A DNA stretch of 16,776 nucleotides from a virus. Taxonomy: Duplodnaviria > Heunggongvirae > Uroviricota > Caudoviricetes. Numbering within the stretch: position 1 is the first letter of the stretch; each line of letters starts with the position of its first letter. Position numbers and translations under genes: made by a program. The DNA lies in IMG/VR virus record IMGVR_UViG_3300037089_000535; one strand, 5' to 3'. Below are positions 14,744-16,776 of this stretch, one piece after another. The notes below the pieces were generated by a model. It had not been told where the DNA came from and ran no database searches. It was given only the letters and a program-made list of their open reading frames with translations.

Positions 14744-14747
14744 GGTT

Positions 14748-15527
14748 ATGTCGTTTTGGAGGCCCTCAAATAATTGCCTGTACGTAATTTCCGATATTAA
14801 CGGACTTCATAGTGAGCTTGAATTAATACTTAGTCGTATTCTGCCTCTTAGAAAAACAGGCGGCCAAAAAGATACATTGATATTTCTTGGTAACTATATG
14901 GGAAGTACTAGGTCTCATGAGACATTAGACATTATGCTTAAGGTACATAATGATAACAAAGGCCAGGTAATTTGCCTTTGTGGCGATAATGACCTTAGTC
15001 TCTTGAACTCTATTGACTATTTCGGTCCATCAAAACCAGAAGAATACAAGTCTTGGCTTTCATCAGGTGGAGATAATTCATTAATAGGATATCTGAAAAG
15101 AATAAAATCAGATCATAGCAATCCATACCTGATACAGAGACAATATCTAAATAGATTTATTCCAAAGGAACACTTAGATTTTATTAGTTCGTTATTAATA
15201 TATTATGAAACTGAAGATTATATATTCGTACATGGAGGATGTGATCCAAATATACCACTGTACAAACATACTAATGAAGTACTGGTTAGAGATAGAAGTG
15301 TATTCAATTTAGTAAATAATTATGGTAGTAAGTTTAAATGTCCATGGAAAAAGACAATAATAACTGGTGGCGTTGGTAAATTAGATGGAAAACCATTGGT
15401 CAGTGATAAATTTATCACATTGGATGGAAGTTATGCCGAGAGATTGTACGTGCTTGAGCTTAATTCAAGGGAAATATTCTCGGCTCGTAAAGGAAAAGCT
15501 AGGTTAGTAAAAGAATCAATAACTTAG
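14748..15527 (+). CDS. Calcineurin-like metallophosphoesterase-fold protein with degenerate active site (probable pseudo-phosphatase)
   Basis: Layout matches Ser/Thr phosphatase (PrpA/lambda-PP) motifs, but they read SDING, GNYMG, GDND, FVHGG and TGGVG instead of GDIHG, GDYIDRG, GNHE, HAG and GHTP. Confidence 0.8.
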   Translation: MSFWRPSNNCLYVISDINGLHSELELILSRILPLRKTGGQKDTLIFLGNYMGSTRSHETLDIMLKVHNDNKGQVICLCGDNDLSLLNSIDYFGPSKPEEYKSWLSSGGDNSLIGYLKRIKSDHSNPYLIQRQYLNRFIPKEHLDFISSLLIYYETEDYIFVHGGCDPNIPLYKHTNEVLVRDRSVFNLVNNYGSKFKCPWKKTIITGGVGKLDGKPLVSDKFITLDGSYAERLYVLELNSREIFSARKGKARLVKESIT

Positions 15528-15536
15528 TATAGAAAC

Positions 15537-15722
15537 ATGTTTGCCAAATACGCATCTAATTTATTACAGAATGTCTCTAACGAGTGTATGCTTAGGTCAT
15601 TTGCTTGCGCAGATGATGATGCCGCTGCTCTTTATCGGAATATTTCAAGCCGAATTGATGGACTGATTCGAAGAATTGGTGTCGAGAATATTCTCGGGAA
15701 TGAGCTTATTGATAATGACTAA
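15537..15722 (+). CDS. Small hypothetical protein, 61 aa
   Basis: Fills the gap; overlaps the topA start by 8 nt (ATGACTAA). Confidence 0.55.
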   Translation: MFAKYASNLLQNVSNECMLRSFACADDDAAALYRNISSRIDGLIRRIGVENILGNELIDND

Positions 15723-16776
15723 CGCTCTAGTTATCGTAGAATCACCAGCGAAGAGCAAGACCATAAGCAAATACTTGGGAGCCGGCTATACAATTAGACC
15801 AACTGGCGGCCATATCATGGATTTGTCAAAAGGTCGTGGTGGAGATATAGGCGTAGATATTAAGAATGGTTTCAAGCCCAGATATGAAGTTAACCCAGAT
15901 AAACGAGATAAGATCAAGGCAATAGTTGATGCTGCTAGGACGGCTGATGAAATTTTTATTGCGTCCGATGACGATAGGGAAGGGGCCGCAATCTCGTTTC
16001 ATGTTGCAGATCAATTAAAAAGTCTAAATAAACCACTAAAGAGGATTGTTTTTAATGAAATTACCGAAAAAGCTATTAAGAAAGCTATTGCTAATCCGTG
16101 TGGATTTGATCAACATCTTTATGATGCTCAACAAGCTCGGAGAGTTTTGGATCGTATTGTTGGTTTCATGGTGTCTCCTTATATCTCTCAGAAGCTTGGG
16201 GATAAACTTAGCGCCGGACGTGTTCAATCTGTTGCCCTACGAATGATCGTCGATCGCGAGGCTGAAATTGAGGCCTTCGTTCCCGAATCTTTCTACAATA
16301 TTAGTGCAACCCTAGCCAAAACAGAAAAGTTCGTAGCGAAATACCCAACTAGAGTTGATAAAGAGGAAGACGCCAAACAAATCAAAGCTGATTTGGACGT
16401 ATCAACATACAAAATTGATGATGTTCAAGCCAAACAAATGCTGCGAAAGGCCCCGCCGCCTCTCATTACCTCTACATTACAGCAGCAAGCCTCGATCAAA
16501 TTGAAGTTTTCAGGCGAACGAACCATGAAGGCAGCCCAAGAATTATACGAGGCGGGCCATATTACATACCTTCGCACTGATTCAGTAAGGAATTCTGCAG
16601 ACTCTGTGCTTGAAGTTCGTGATTTCCTTTCCAAAAATGGGTTTTCAATTCCATCTGAGCCCAATGAATTCAAAAATAAAGACCAGGCACAGGATGCTCA
16701 TGAAGCTATTCGGCCCACTCATGTAGATAAACACCCAGATAAGATTGCTCTGACTGGAGATCAGCAGCAAATATAC
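15715..16776 (+). CDS. topA: DNA topoisomerase IA (5' part; runs off the window)
   Basis: Manual translation from ATG 15715: MTNALVIVESPAKSKTISKYLG...GHIMDL...ASDDDREG...FNEITEKAI...QQARRVLDRIVG...SAGRVQSVAL...TSTLQQ...AQELYE.GHITYLRTDS (catalytic Tyr at 16567-16569)...QDAHEAIRPT. Absent from the ORF track. Confidence 0.97.
   Translation, partial: MTNALVIVESPAKSKTISKYLGAGYTIRPTGGHIMDLSKGRGGDIGVDIKNGFKPRYEVNPDKRDKIKAIVDAARTADEIFIASDDDREGAAISFHVADQLKSLNKPLKRIVFNEITEKAIKKAIANPCGFDQHLYDAQQARRVLDRIVGFMVSPYISQKLGDKLSAGRVQSVALRMIVDREAEIEAFVPESFYNISATLAKTEKFVAKYPTRVDKEEDAKQIKADLDVSTYKIDDVQAKQMLRKAPPPLITSTLQQQASIKLKFSGERTMKAAQELYEAGHITYLRTDSVRNSADSVLEVRDFLSKNGFSIPSEPNEFKNKDQAQDAHEAIRPTHVDKHPDKIALTGDQQQIY

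Larger units (their letters stand above)
1..16776. other. Probable large (jumbo/huge) bacteriophage genome segment
   Basis: Very high coding density, many orphan ORFs, and repeated TAATG/ATGA stop-start overlaps (129, 659, 682, 1332, 2790, 9315, 9620). Host-like genes (clpP, dksA, HU, sigma, hsp20, topA) appear divergent and outside their usual bacterial operons. Inference only: no capsid or terminase gene in the window. Confidence 0.8.

Noticed and set aside
15961-15993. TOPRIM motif DDDREGAAI instead of DxDREGEAI in TopA
   Set aside because: The acidic triad (D, D, E), the N-terminal Glu (VES) and the catalytic Tyr are all retained; one substitution is not evidence of altered function.
253-16673. 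Numerous ORF-track entries overlapping the called genes (e.g. 253..486, 1474..1695, 2160..2544, 3159..3789, 5266..5800, 8229..9234, 10053..10661, 11104..12103, 13551..14787, 15826..16673)
   Set aside because: They are shadow or antisense frames of longer genes that have clear motifs, SD sites or coupling; their translations show no recognisable features.
1-16776. Stop-codon reassignment (alternative genetic code), known in some large phages
   Set aside because: Recognisable genes are full length in code 11 and end in TAA, TGA and TAG, with no fragmentation pattern. The single in-frame TAA at 9193 is treated separately.
1-16776. CRISPR array, tRNA/rRNA genes, IS elements, introns or inteins
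   Set aside because: No regularly spaced direct repeats, cloverleafs, transposase motifs or intein/intron signatures were seen by eye; tRNAscan, CRISPR and Infernal searches would be needed to exclude them formally.

Overview
A gene-dense, mostly + strand segment in standard code 11. It reads best as part of a large (jumbo/huge) bacteriophage genome: many orphan ORFs joined by TAATG/ATGA overlaps, mixed with stand-alone homologs of host functions. These are NADAR, a SpoU/TrmH methyltransferase, an HU-like protein, DksA/TraR, ClpP, DUF192, a papain-like C1 protease, an HNH nuclease, a FliA-like sigma factor, Hsp20, a Dda/RecD-like helicase, a metallophosphoesterase-fold protein and a partial type IA topoisomerase. 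No virion structural gene, integrase, tRNA or CRISPR array is recognisable, so phage origin is an inference. The strongest candidate for novelty is 11020..11751, an N4BP2-like P-loop (polynucleotide) kinase fused in frame to a ribosomal bL12 (L7/L12) C-terminal domain and followed 4 nt later by an HNH nuclease. Other notable items: a metallophosphoesterase with most metal ligands replaced, a sigma-region-2-like protein with two inserted Zn ribbons, a NADAR-HTH-acidic-tail protein, a two-copy intergenic motif TAAA-N-TGTCGAG-N12-GCC that may be a phage-sigma promoter, and small ORFs missed by the ORF track. All family calls come from motif recognition by eye, and all residue comparisons with E. 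coli proteins come from remembered sequences. They need HMM, alignment or structure confirmation.
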